32,000 nt of DNA from the NCBI RefSeq assembly GCF_003367075.2, contig NZ_CP065936.1, positions 1,950,001 through 1,982,000 on the forward strand. Reading direction: 5' to 3'. Both the position numbers and the translations under genes were made by a program. Position 1 is the stretch's first letter. Every line of letters begins with the position of its first letter. The DNA is from Cylindrospermopsis raciborskii Cr2010. GTDB taxonomy: Bacteria > Cyanobacteriota > Cyanobacteriia > Cyanobacteriales > Nostocaceae. The notes beneath the pieces are model-generated. The model saw only the letters and a program-made list of their open reading frames with translations. It made no database searches and was not told where the DNA came from. Shown here one piece after another: positions 22,023-30,339 of the stretch.

Positions 22023-22100
22023 GATAACTTTGTTGACACTAGGCAAAAAACATTTTAAAAAAGGTTACCCAACTAAAAAAGAACTAAAAAGGGGAAGAGT

Positions 22101-22931
22101 ATGAGTAATATCCATATAATTGGGCCCCAGGCCGCAGGTAAAACCACATATTTAGCAGCTTTAGCCTACCAACCAGAGACATCGAGATCACCCGTGAGAC
22201 AGGCAAATATTAAGATAAAGACATTAAATGAAGAAACCAGAGAACTAGTAGACAAAGCAGAAAACATAATTTTACAGGGAGCTTCTTTAGAACCCACCCA
22301 GAAATATGTCAAAACCATTGATGATTTAAAAGTTTACTCATTTTTAATTGAAATCAAGAGAAAATGGCGGAACCTAGAGAGACTACAACTAACAGTAAGA
22401 GACTACCCAGGAGAAGTTTTTAAAGAGTTAGAATCTGGTTCTAGGGATCCGATACATGAAGAATTTATAAACGAGTGTTTGAGCGCAGACACCCAGGGTT
22501 GTTTAATCCTGCTAACCGAGTGGGAACAAGGGATAGACAAATTTTATAAACGAGTATTCAGAAGATTTATAGCCCTGATGGATGAACAACAAAGATTGCA
22601 AAATTTGCGATTAGCCATAGCCATGAGCAAATGTGAGAGAGGGGAATTATGGCCTGGTAGATTAGATCCTGAAAGCGACCTATTTGCCATTCACTTTCCA
22701 GACACACTACGCTTGTTAAGAGACAATATTCCCCAGAAAAACCTAGAATTTTATGCCATATCCGCCTTTGGAGTTTTAAGTAACAAAGATCCCCGACCCA
22801 ACCGTAAAGAAGAACTAGGAAAAAAAGACAGATACTCTGTTTTAAGAGATCCCGACAGATGGTCACCATACTGTTTAGTATCCCCCCTTTATTGGTTAAG
22901 TACAGGTAAGAGGATCCAAGGATATGTTTAA
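22101..22931 (+). CDS. P-loop GTPase-like protein, component 2
   Basis: IHIIGPQAAGKTTYLAALA (G1), VRDYPGEVF (DxxG, G3), IAMSKCERG (degenerate G4). Shares the C-terminal pattern FYAISAFGVL...W.P..LVSPLYWLS with component 3. Confidence 0.85.
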   Translation: MSNIHIIGPQAAGKTTYLAALAYQPETSRSPVRQANIKIKTLNEETRELVDKAENIILQGASLEPTQKYVKTIDDLKVYSFLIEIKRKWRNLERLQLTVRDYPGEVFKELESGSRDPIHEEFINECLSADTQGCLILLTEWEQGIDKFYKRVFRRFIALMDEQQRLQNLRLAIAMSKCERGELWPGRLDPESDLFAIHFPDTLRLLRDNIPQKNLEFYAISAFGVLSNKDPRPNRKEELGKKDRYSVLRDPDRWSPYCLVSPLYWLSTGKRIQGYV

Positions 22932-23787
22932 CTTCTTCAAAAAGAAAGATAAAACATCACAGGATAGTGCCTCAGTGAGACTAATAGGCGATCGCACTGC
23001 GGGGAAGACCACCTATATGGCATCCTTAGCGAGGTGGCCAAATGCCAACCCTGAAAGTTTAGTGCAAGCAGTAACAGCCATAGACGAAGGGGGACAGGAT
23101 CTAATCAGCAAAGCACAAAACATACTAGAGCAGGGACTAGAACTAGAAAGTACCCAACTATCCTCCAACGTATCAGACGTTAGAGATTGCACCCTGCAAA
23201 TCACCCTAAAAGAGAAAAATCAACTACTGAATTTAAACGTCAGTTGTAAAGACTACTCAGGGGAATTTTTTAGAGACCTATTGCACCAAAACAATTCCCA
23301 ACTAGAGGAATATTTAGAAGATTGCGTCCAGGCCAATGGTATTATATTTTTAGTTGATGGTAGTAGTAGACGTAAGGACTCAGAGTATGTGAATGGGCTA
23401 GATAAGTTTTTGTTACTATTAGATCGGAATGATATAGCGGGGAGTAAAAAGAGGATTGCTCTAGTATTAAATAAATGTGAACAACCGGACCTATGGGTAA
23501 ACCGAAACAAACCAGAATACCTAGCATCTGCGAGATTTCCCCAAGTGTGTAGTAGATTAAAGGCCTGGCAAAAAATGGGAGGGGGGAACATAGAGTTTTT
23601 TACAGCATCAGCATTTGGTATGTTGGGTACTAAATACCCAGAACCCAACGTAAACTTATTGACCAGAGGGAGATCAGGAGTGACAGCAGTCATTAGAAAT
23701 CCCAAATTATGGAGACCCTTTGGTTTAATTGCTCCCATTTATTGGCTATGTAAAGGTTCTCGTCATCCACAACTAGATAACGGTTAA
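22924..23787 (+). CDS. P-loop GTPase-like protein, component 3, paralogous to component 2
   Basis: VRLIGDRTAGKTTYMASLA (G1), CKDYSGEFF (G3), LVLNKCEQP (G4), FFTASAFGML...LWRPFGLIAPIYWLCKG. Overlaps component 2 by 8 bp (ATGTTTAA). Confidence 0.87.
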   Translation: MFNFFKKKDKTSQDSASVRLIGDRTAGKTTYMASLARWPNANPESLVQAVTAIDEGGQDLISKAQNILEQGLELESTQLSSNVSDVRDCTLQITLKEKNQLLNLNVSCKDYSGEFFRDLLHQNNSQLEEYLEDCVQANGIIFLVDGSSRRKDSEYVNGLDKFLLLLDRNDIAGSKKRIALVLNKCEQPDLWVNRNKPEYLASARFPQVCSRLKAWQKMGGGNIEFFTASAFGMLGTKYPEPNVNLLTRGRSGVTAVIRNPKLWRPFGLIAPIYWLCKGSRHPQLDNG

Positions 23788-23791
23788 AAAT

Positions 23792-23952
23792 ATGAACTCA
23801 TCTGACAATAAAATCCACGAAATACACAAAATACATGAATTTAGTACAGGTATTCACTTTGAGCAGCGAGGTAATAGTTGGGTTTCTACAGGGTTTACTG
23901 GGCGATATATGAACAGCACCATGGGGGAGATTCCCAAAGTGGTAGAGAGGTC
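23792..23952 (+). repeat. N-terminal module repeat, copy A (start of the large gene)
   Basis: ATGAACTCATCTGACAATAAAATCCACGAAAT...GAACAGCACCATGGGGGAGATTCCCAAAGTGGTAGAGAGGTCAA, near-identical to 28193-28352. Confidence 0.95.
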
Positions 23953-26500
23953 AATTGCCAATGAAGAATTTGCCCTAGCGGAAGGATCATCCACAGAGAA
24001 ACCAGCAATAATTGCCAGAATATTAGGGAGCGGGGATGATATTTGGTCAGTAATAGCAGTGGTTACCAGGGGGAGAGATGAAGTAGGGAGGAGTGCAGCT
24101 TTTCACCGTTATTTTTTATGTCAGGGAGATCATAAACTGAGGGTAATATTAGCCTGGTGGGAACAAAATAACCGACCAACATTTAACCCCCTGGATAAAC
24201 AAGATGAGGGTAGTCCCCATATATTTGAAGGGGAGGTTCCAAAATTACCAGATTTAGAGCAAATATTGCTATTATTCAAGGTACAAACTAAACCACAGGA
24301 AGAGCAAAGATTATCATCCCCCGCACAACAATCTGAATTTACACAGGAACTCTTACAACAGTCAGATGTACAAACTGAACCGCAGGGAGAGCAAAGATTG
24401 CCATCTCCTGCACAACAATCTGTATTTACATGGGGATCCCAACAACCCTCTGAACCACAGGTGGGTGGACACCAATCTACACAGAGAGTTCAACCATTAT
24501 CATTCGAGATAGGAAAGCCATCAGGACAGCAAAGATTATCATCCCCCGTACAACAATCTGAATTTACACAGGAACTTTCACAACCGTCAGATGTACAAAC
24601 TGAACTACAGGGACAGCTCCCATCTCCTGCTCAGCAACCTGTATCTACATGGGGATACCAACAACCATCTGAACCACAGATGGGTACAGGGGAATACTCC
24701 CTATTTCAGCAATTAAGTCCCATAGTTTTAGAGCCAAATGTCCAGTATGATTTATATACCATCAACGTATTAGCAATTAACAAATGGAACTCCTGCAAAA
24801 ATGGACTACCAGTATGTTGGGCATTTGACGTAGAAGCACTAGTCAAACCAGAAAGATTTCAGGTGATTAAACCAGCATCCCAAAAAGCAAGAGATGGAAT
24901 AAACAGAGCGATCGCAGCTGGGAGTAGAGTGATCAGAAATGCGGTAAACATTGATGAAGCAGCATTAAAATCTGCTCTCAGGAGTTTAGCAAATAGTTCT
25001 CAAGTGAAACCCGAATCAGTAGAGACCATTGTAGATGGGTTAAACAACAAAGATGTCACTCGTGAATATTGGTACAGTTTATTTAATGCTCAAGGGACAG
25101 ATAGAGCCATTAAAGAAAACATTTACAGTCCACAAATTGTCAGATTAATGACCTTGAGAGCATTAGTTATTCCAGAAACATTACCAGAATTTTTGCAATG
25201 GTTGAACATCCAAAAGGGTAGTAATGTTGATGGTAATCAAAGAGTATCATTGGAATTACAAAAAAAGATTCAGCCACTATTTCCCAAAGAGAAGATAGGG
25301 GCGGGTATTACCTATTTGTTACCTAGTTTATTAGCTGGTAAAATATCAGTAGATGGGTTATGTTGGTTATTAGCCAAGAGTGGTGGTGATACCATTTGGG
25401 CTTATGGTCGAAATCAGTTTATAAACAACATCAAATATGATCTACAATTGATTTATAATTATTATTCCAAACCAATAGTGGGACCTTTTAATGAAAGCAC
25501 CCTTGAATGTGGAGCGGAAGCTTGGAAAAGTTTAATTAACAGGTGGCAAGATATCCGAAGGATGTATAAAAAATGTGAAAAGTATCGACCTTTAGCTCAA
25601 TTATTTGAACGATTCAAAGAGTGTAATTTAGCTGGATATTTTTACCAAGTTAGTAATGGATTTGTTAAAAAGGATCTATTTTATGAAATAGCTGAGGCGC
25701 AAAATCGTCCTTCACCGGTTATTTATGGTTTAGGAATTGAAAAAGAACTAACTTTAGAGGATATTATTATTGGTTTAGCTGATGGCGTTGTTAAATTTTT
25801 TAATCAGGATGTAGATATGAAACTTGTATTTGTTATTCCCGCTTCACTGTTAATCTTAGGAAGTGGTTGGTTCATTGGCTCAAAAACTTGGCATTATTAT
25901 GTCAATGCTAATGAAGCTGAGAAGTTCTTGTGTAAAAAATTTGGTGGTGGTGAAAATTGTCCCATTATAATGTTCAATGGGGAAGCCCACTATTCTTTTG
26001 AGGAGATTAAAGAAGTAATTCCCACAGTTGTGCAGCAAGTTGTTAAGGAACGAAAGGAGTTACCAACTCCAGAATCAACAAAAGCTGCGGTGACAAAACC
26101 AGCAGGACAAAATTCTGGTCAACAAGATGATAATGAACCAAAAGTTGCTCAAAAGCTTGCTCAAATTTTAGGTGATTCAAACCTTCAATATGATGATTTA
26201 AAGAAAGGAACAATAGAACAAAAAGCCCAAACATCATGGGTAATAGCAGTGTATAATTATCAAATCAAACACAATATAGTAAAAAAAGTCATGCAGAAGA
26301 ATGATAAAGAAGAGTGCGTCTTACCCTTATTACCAATGTTTGATAATTTGTGTTTATGGAAAAATGAACCAGAGAAAAATAAACCAGAGAAAAACAAACC
26401 GGAAAAAATAACAAATTTTTCTGCATTGAAAAATAAATTAGTGGAAGATATCAATAAAACAATGAATAAACCAGAAACTTCAAAAAACAGTAAAGGGTAA
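23792..26500 (+). CDS. Large GTPase-associated protein: conserved N-terminal module, Q/S/P-rich repeated linker, helical module, single TM, cytosolic or periplasmic tail
   Basis: 902-aa ORF starting 4 bp after component 3. The N-terminal GFTGRYMNSTMGEIP...ANEEFALAEG...VTRGRDEVGRSAAFHRYFL resembles the N-terminal module of GTPase-associated (GAP1-type) proteins as I recall them. TM segment is KLVFVIPASLLILGSGWFIG. Confidence 0.8.
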   Translation: MNSSDNKIHEIHKIHEFSTGIHFEQRGNSWVSTGFTGRYMNSTMGEIPKVVERSIANEEFALAEGSSTEKPAIIARILGSGDDIWSVIAVVTRGRDEVGRSAAFHRYFLCQGDHKLRVILAWWEQNNRPTFNPLDKQDEGSPHIFEGEVPKLPDLEQILLLFKVQTKPQEEQRLSSPAQQSEFTQELLQQSDVQTEPQGEQRLPSPAQQSVFTWGSQQPSEPQVGGHQSTQRVQPLSFEIGKPSGQQRLSSPVQQSEFTQELSQPSDVQTELQGQLPSPAQQPVSTWGYQQPSEPQMGTGEYSLFQQLSPIVLEPNVQYDLYTINVLAINKWNSCKNGLPVCWAFDVEALVKPERFQVIKPASQKARDGINRAIAAGSRVIRNAVNIDEAALKSALRSLANSSQVKPESVETIVDGLNNKDVTREYWYSLFNAQGTDRAIKENIYSPQIVRLMTLRALVIPETLPEFLQWLNIQKGSNVDGNQRVSLELQKKIQPLFPKEKIGAGITYLLPSLLAGKISVDGLCWLLAKSGGDTIWAYGRNQFINNIKYDLQLIYNYYSKPIVGPFNESTLECGAEAWKSLINRWQDIRRMYKKCEKYRPLAQLFERFKECNLAGYFYQVSNGFVKKDLFYEIAEAQNRPSPVIYGLGIEKELTLEDIIIGLADGVVKFFNQDVDMKLVFVIPASLLILGSGWFIGSKTWHYYVNANEAEKFLCKKFGGGENCPIIMFNGEAHYSFEEIKEVIPTVVQQVVKERKELPTPESTKAAVTKPAGQNSGQQDDNEPKVAQKLAQILGDSNLQYDDLKKGTIEQKAQTSWVIAVYNYQIKHNIVKKVMQKNDKEECVLPLLPMFDNLCLWKNEPEKNKPEKNKPEKITNFSALKNKLVEDINKTMNKPETSKNSKG
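24299..24680 (+). repeat. Imperfect ~165-bp direct duplication in the linker of the large GTPase-associated gene
   Basis: EQRLSSPAQQSEFTQELLQQSDVQTEPQGEQRLPSPAQQSVFTWGSQQPSEPQVGG versus QQRLSSPVQQSEFTQELSQPSDVQTELQG-QLPSPAQQPVSTWGYQQPSEPQMGTG. Boundaries approximate. Confidence 0.85.
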
Positions 26501-26534
26501 ATTAATAAACATACAACCACACTCCCAAACAAAT

Positions 26535-28133
26535 ATGAAGCCAGAAACCCAAACCTTGCTCAAACAAGCGATTCGCAAATTAATCCACACCTCCCAAGTC
26601 AAACCCGAAGCAGTACACACAATTGTAGATGGGTTAATAAATAAGGAAGTTACCTCCCAGGACTGGGAAGATCTCTTCAATCAAGATGGTGCCAGTATTG
26701 CATTGCAAGAGAAGATATACACCCCCCATTTAGTCAGACTAATCACACTCAGAGCATTAGTTATTCCAGAGACACTACCCGAATTTTTGCAGTGGTTAAA
26801 CATCCAAAAAGCCAGTATCACTGATGAGCACAAAAGAGTATCCTTAAAACTCCAAAAAGGGATTCAGACCTTATTCCCTAAAGAGCAAATAGTAGCAGGG
26901 ATTACTTACTTGTTACCCAATTTATTAAATCGTAGAATGCCAGTAGATAAATTATTTTGGTTATTAGATGGGAGTAATAGTAATAACATTTGGGCTCACG
27001 CTCGAAATCAGTTTATAAATAACATTAGAGATGATCTACAATTAATTTACAACTACTACTCAAAACCAATGACACAAGTTGTTGGTGAAATTACCCTGAA
27101 CTGTGGATCTGGGGTTTGGAGAAGTTTAATGAACAGATGGGAGGGTATTAGAGAATATAACAAATGCAAAGAGTATCGACCTTTGGCTCAATTGTTTGAA
27201 CAATTAAAAGAGCATGATTTGGCTGGATATTTTTATCAGGTTAGTGATGGAGTTGTTAAAAAGGATTTATTTTGTAAAATAGCTAAAGGGCATAGTCCTC
27301 GTTCACCAGTTGTTTTTGGCTTAGAAATTCGAGAAATACCTTTAGAGGATGTTATTATTAATTTGGTCTATAGTTTAAGATTCTTAGGAATTGAGGAAAA
27401 ACTAACTCATGAGTTAGTTGATTTTGTTCTTAAAATTAGATTGGTTTATAGATATAAAATTGTTAACTTTTTTAATCAGGATGTAGATATGAAACTTGTA
27501 TTTGTTATTCCCGCTTCGTTGTTAATCTTAGGAAGTGGTTGGTTCATTGGAGCAAAAACTTGGCAGTATTATATCAACGCTAATGAAGCCGAGAAATTAT
27601 TGTGTAAAAAATCGGGTGGTAGTGAAAACTGTCCGGTTGTAGTATTGGATGGACAAGCCCACTATTCTTTTGAGGAGATTAAAGAAGTAATTCCCAAAGT
27701 TGTGCAGCAAGTTGTTAAGGAACGAAAGGAGTTACTAACTCCAGAACGAACAAAAGCTGCGGGAACAAAACCAGCAGCAAAAAATTCTGGTCAACAAGAT
27801 GATACTGAACTAAAAGTTGCACAAAAGCTTGCTCAACTTTTAGGTGATTCAAAACTTCAATATGATGATTTGTTGAATAACCAGCCAACAGAAATGGTCA
27901 AAAGACAATGGGTAATAGCAGTATATAATTATCAAGTTAAACGCAGCATACAAAAAAAAGGGAAAGAAGAGTGCGTCTTACCCTTATTACCAATGTTTGA
28001 TAATTTGTGTTTATGGAAAAATGAACGAGAGAAAATAATAAACTTTCCTAAATTGGAACCTACATTACTGGAAGATATAAATAAAAAGAATGGACAAACA
28101 AGAAACTCGAAAAAAAAGCGCAAAGTAAATTAA
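26535..28133 (+). CDS. Paralogue of the C-terminal helical/TM/tail module of the preceding large protein, lacking the N-terminal module and linker
   Basis: Aligns end to end with roughly aa 390-900 of the 902-aa protein. Examples are SQVKPEAVHTIVDGL / SQVKPESVETIVDGL, LRALVIPETLPEFLQWLNIQK in both, and FNQDVDMKLVFVIPASLLILGSGWFIG in both. Confidence 0.9.
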   Translation: MKPETQTLLKQAIRKLIHTSQVKPEAVHTIVDGLINKEVTSQDWEDLFNQDGASIALQEKIYTPHLVRLITLRALVIPETLPEFLQWLNIQKASITDEHKRVSLKLQKGIQTLFPKEQIVAGITYLLPNLLNRRMPVDKLFWLLDGSNSNNIWAHARNQFINNIRDDLQLIYNYYSKPMTQVVGEITLNCGSGVWRSLMNRWEGIREYNKCKEYRPLAQLFEQLKEHDLAGYFYQVSDGVVKKDLFCKIAKGHSPRSPVVFGLEIREIPLEDVIINLVYSLRFLGIEEKLTHELVDFVLKIRLVYRYKIVNFFNQDVDMKLVFVIPASLLILGSGWFIGAKTWQYYINANEAEKLLCKKSGGSENCPVVVLDGQAHYSFEEIKEVIPKVVQQVVKERKELLTPERTKAAGTKPAAKNSGQQDDTELKVAQKLAQLLGDSKLQYDDLLNNQPTEMVKRQWVIAVYNYQVKRSIQKKGKEECVLPLLPMFDNLCLWKNEREKIINFPKLEPTLLEDINKKNGQTRNSKKKRKVN

Positions 28134-28192
28134 TCGATGTACAACCAGATCGCATTTTTAAAAACATTAACAACTATGGACTAACTAAAAAC

Positions 28193-28357
28193 ATGAACTC
28201 ATCTGACAATAAAATCCACGAAATCCATGAATTTAGTACAGGTATTCACTTTGAGCAGCGAGGTAATAGTTGGATTTGGATAGGGTTTACCATAAAATAT
28301 ATGAACAGCACCATGGGGGAGGAGATTCCCAAAGTGGTAGAGAGGTCAACACATTAG
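28193..28357 (+). pseudogene. Orphan N-terminal module copy B, 54-codon ORF, probably a gene remnant
   Basis: MNSSDNKIHEIHEFSTGIHFEQRGNSWIWIGFTIKYMNSTMGEEIPKVVERSTH* compared with MNSSDNKIHEIHKIHEFSTGIHFEQRGNSWVSTGFTGRYMNSTMGEIPKVVERS of copy A. Confidence 0.85.
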
Positions 28358-28644
28358 GTTCTCCTCTTGTGTCAAACCTGGTTGATATGCTCTTACCCTG
28401 GAGAAAATCGTACCTTTAATCAGAAGAAATGCTTACATATCCCAAGTTACAACAATGTGTTCCCATGAGTTGACAAACTCTCATATTATAAGTTATTATG
28501 TCCGGGGTCAAGAAAAATGCAATTACCTTACAACCTTTTTCATCCTTGTGGGTAAAATCCCTTGTCTATTGAGAATAGAGTGATTAACTGCTAAAATTTA
28601 GTATCATCAAAATCTTAACATTCAATAATTCTGAGTTAAAATAT

Positions 28645-29514
28645 ATGAAACTAAATGATTTTAAATCTTTTTTAGGTAATCCTGTTTATGAAGATAAAGA
28701 TGTATTGATTTACCAAGGTGACTCATTAACAATCATGAATAAATTACCAGCAGGATGTTTACCCTTAACCGTTACATCTCCTCCCTATAATATCGGCAAA
28801 GAATATGAATCTATATTATCATTAGAAGATTATATTCAATGGACATCTAAATGGATTAATCAAGTTTATTATTGCACATCATCTTCTGGTGCGTTTTGGC
28901 TAAATCTTGGTTATCTTTCTATTCCTAATACAGCTAAAGCAATTCCAATCCCCTATTTAATTTGGGATAAAATTCCTTTTTATTTAATCCAAGAAATTGT
29001 TTGGAATTATGGTGCGGGAGTAGCAGGTAAATTGTTTTTTTCTCCTCGTAATGAGAAATTTTTATGGTATGTAAAAGACTCTCAAAACTATTTATTTAAT
29101 TTAGATGATATCCGTGATCCTAATGTTAAATACCCTAATCAAAAGAAAAATGGCAAATTAAAATGTAATGTTAACGGAAAAAATCCTACTGATGTTTGGC
29201 AAATCCCCAAAATTACATCTGGTCAAAATCGTAGTTCTAAAGAAAGAACTCCTCATCCAGCACAATTTCCAGTTGAGTTAATTAGTCGAATCATTTTAGC
29301 CAGTAGTCATCCTGGAGATATTATATTTGATCCTTTTTTTGGTTCTGGTTCAATAGCAGAAGCAGCTATAAAAACAGGACGTAAAGCAATAGGTATTGAA
29401 ATCAATCCAAATTATGTAAACATTGCAGTACAAAGAGTTAAAAATATCAGATATGAGAAAGAAAATCAAGTGAAACAAGGTAGTTTATTTGATTTAGTTA
29501 CTGATATTTTTTGA
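28645..29514 (+). CDS. Site-specific DNA methyltransferase, beta-type motif order (N6-adenine or N4-cytosine)
   Basis: Catalytic motif TSPPYNIGKEYES near the N-terminus; C-terminal DPFFGSGSIAEAAIKTGRKAIGIEINPNYVNIAVQR (SAM-binding FxGxG). Confidence 0.93.
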   Translation: MKLNDFKSFLGNPVYEDKDVLIYQGDSLTIMNKLPAGCLPLTVTSPPYNIGKEYESILSLEDYIQWTSKWINQVYYCTSSSGAFWLNLGYLSIPNTAKAIPIPYLIWDKIPFYLIQEIVWNYGAGVAGKLFFSPRNEKFLWYVKDSQNYLFNLDDIRDPNVKYPNQKKNGKLKCNVNGKNPTDVWQIPKITSGQNRSSKERTPHPAQFPVELISRIILASSHPGDIIFDPFFGSGSIAEAAIKTGRKAIGIEINPNYVNIAVQRVKNIRYEKENQVKQGSLFDLVTDIF

Positions 29515-30228
29515 GAGATGAATTTCCTGTTTTTGACGCATAAATTGGGAACGTCTCTTTTTCACGATTTCGGGGATATATTCATTTTTATTATCTTGTC
29601 CATCAAATCCTAATCTTAAATAGACATTACCTCCTATTCCTGGTATTACTTCACCTTCGTTGGTGCGTTCATCGTCTTTAGCAAAATAAAGAAATTCAAA
29701 TTTACTATAAATATTTTCGTCAAATTCATCTTTGAGTTTTTGCTCTGCATTTTTATAAATGACAGGTGCAACTATAAATATCTTCTCTGGTTCTATTTTT
29801 TGAATCAAGTTCACTAAGTTAGTTCTGACTACACAAGCACCAGAAATAATAGATTTAATTACAATCAAATACTGAACCTTCCCATGGGAAGGTTCTTGAT
29901 ATTTTTTGAGGATGGGAGCTACTTTTAAATCTTCTATTTCAAATGGAGAAAATCGCTTGTTCCAAAAACAAGCAAAGCCAATATTGTGATAATGATTTTC
30001 TAATTCTGAAAGTATGCCTTTAGCTAAAAAATCAGCATCTTCTACTGTACAAGCAAGGTATATATCAGAAGTTTTATCATTAATTTTAGTCAGCAAGAAA
30101 TTACCAAGATTATCACCTATCTTGGTCATAGTTTCTTTGTACTGGTCTGGATTGACACCCTTATTGGCTAATGTTTCCAGTAATTTCCGAACGTCTTGGT
30201 TGCAAATATCTGTATATAACCTAGTCAT
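29494..30228 (-). CDS. Hypothetical protein with phosphoribosyltransferase-like features
   Basis: 244-aa ORF. VQYLIVIKSIISGACVVRTNLVNLIQKIEPEKIFIVAPVIYKNAEQKLKDEF resembles the PRTase loop/strand pattern (hydrophobic strand, SG, helix, strand, APV). Convergent 21-bp overlap with the methyltransferase. Confidence 0.5.
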   Translation of the reverse strand: MTRLYTDICNQDVRKLLETLANKGVNPDQYKETMTKIGDNLGNFLLTKINDKTSDIYLACTVEDADFLAKGILSELENHYHNIGFACFWNKRFSPFEIEDLKVAPILKKYQEPSHGKVQYLIVIKSIISGACVVRTNLVNLIQKIEPEKIFIVAPVIYKNAEQKLKDEFDENIYSKFEFLYFAKDDERTNEGEVIPGIGGNVYLRLGFDGQDNKNEYIPEIVKKRRSQFMRQKQEIHLSKNISN

Positions 30229-30339
30229 ATCAAGAACACCTCCAAATCTTCAAAGGAAGTAGGGCGATTTTTTTTAATAAGTTCCTGAAATTTTTGAAAC
30301 CTTGCTGTTTCGATACTGTAAGGTAATGTTCCTGCATTA
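30225..30339 (-). pseudogene. 3' part of an IS-interrupted gene: ...NAGTLPYSIETARFQKFQELIKKNRPTSFEDLEVFLI*
   Basis: Open frame on the minus strand joining exactly to the 31479-31608 frame when the IS and one TA are removed. Its TGA overlaps the ATG of the next gene (ATGA, 30225-30228). Confidence 0.75.

Noticed and set aside
23253-23738. 161-aa minus-strand ORF (also 22567..22869, 23342..23527 and 23013..23204)
   Set aside because: These are antisense to GTPase components 2 and 3, whose motifs are strong on the plus strand.
26391-26430. KNKPEKNKPEKI micro-repeat in the tail of the large protein
   Set aside because: This is a simple ~15-bp A-rich slippage repeat with little functional implication on its own.
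26043-26532. Short minus-strand hydrophobic ORFs (64 aa, 90 aa) and 27932..28123
   Set aside because: They are shadows of the plus-strand C-modules. The near-identical peptides simply reflect the sense-strand duplication.
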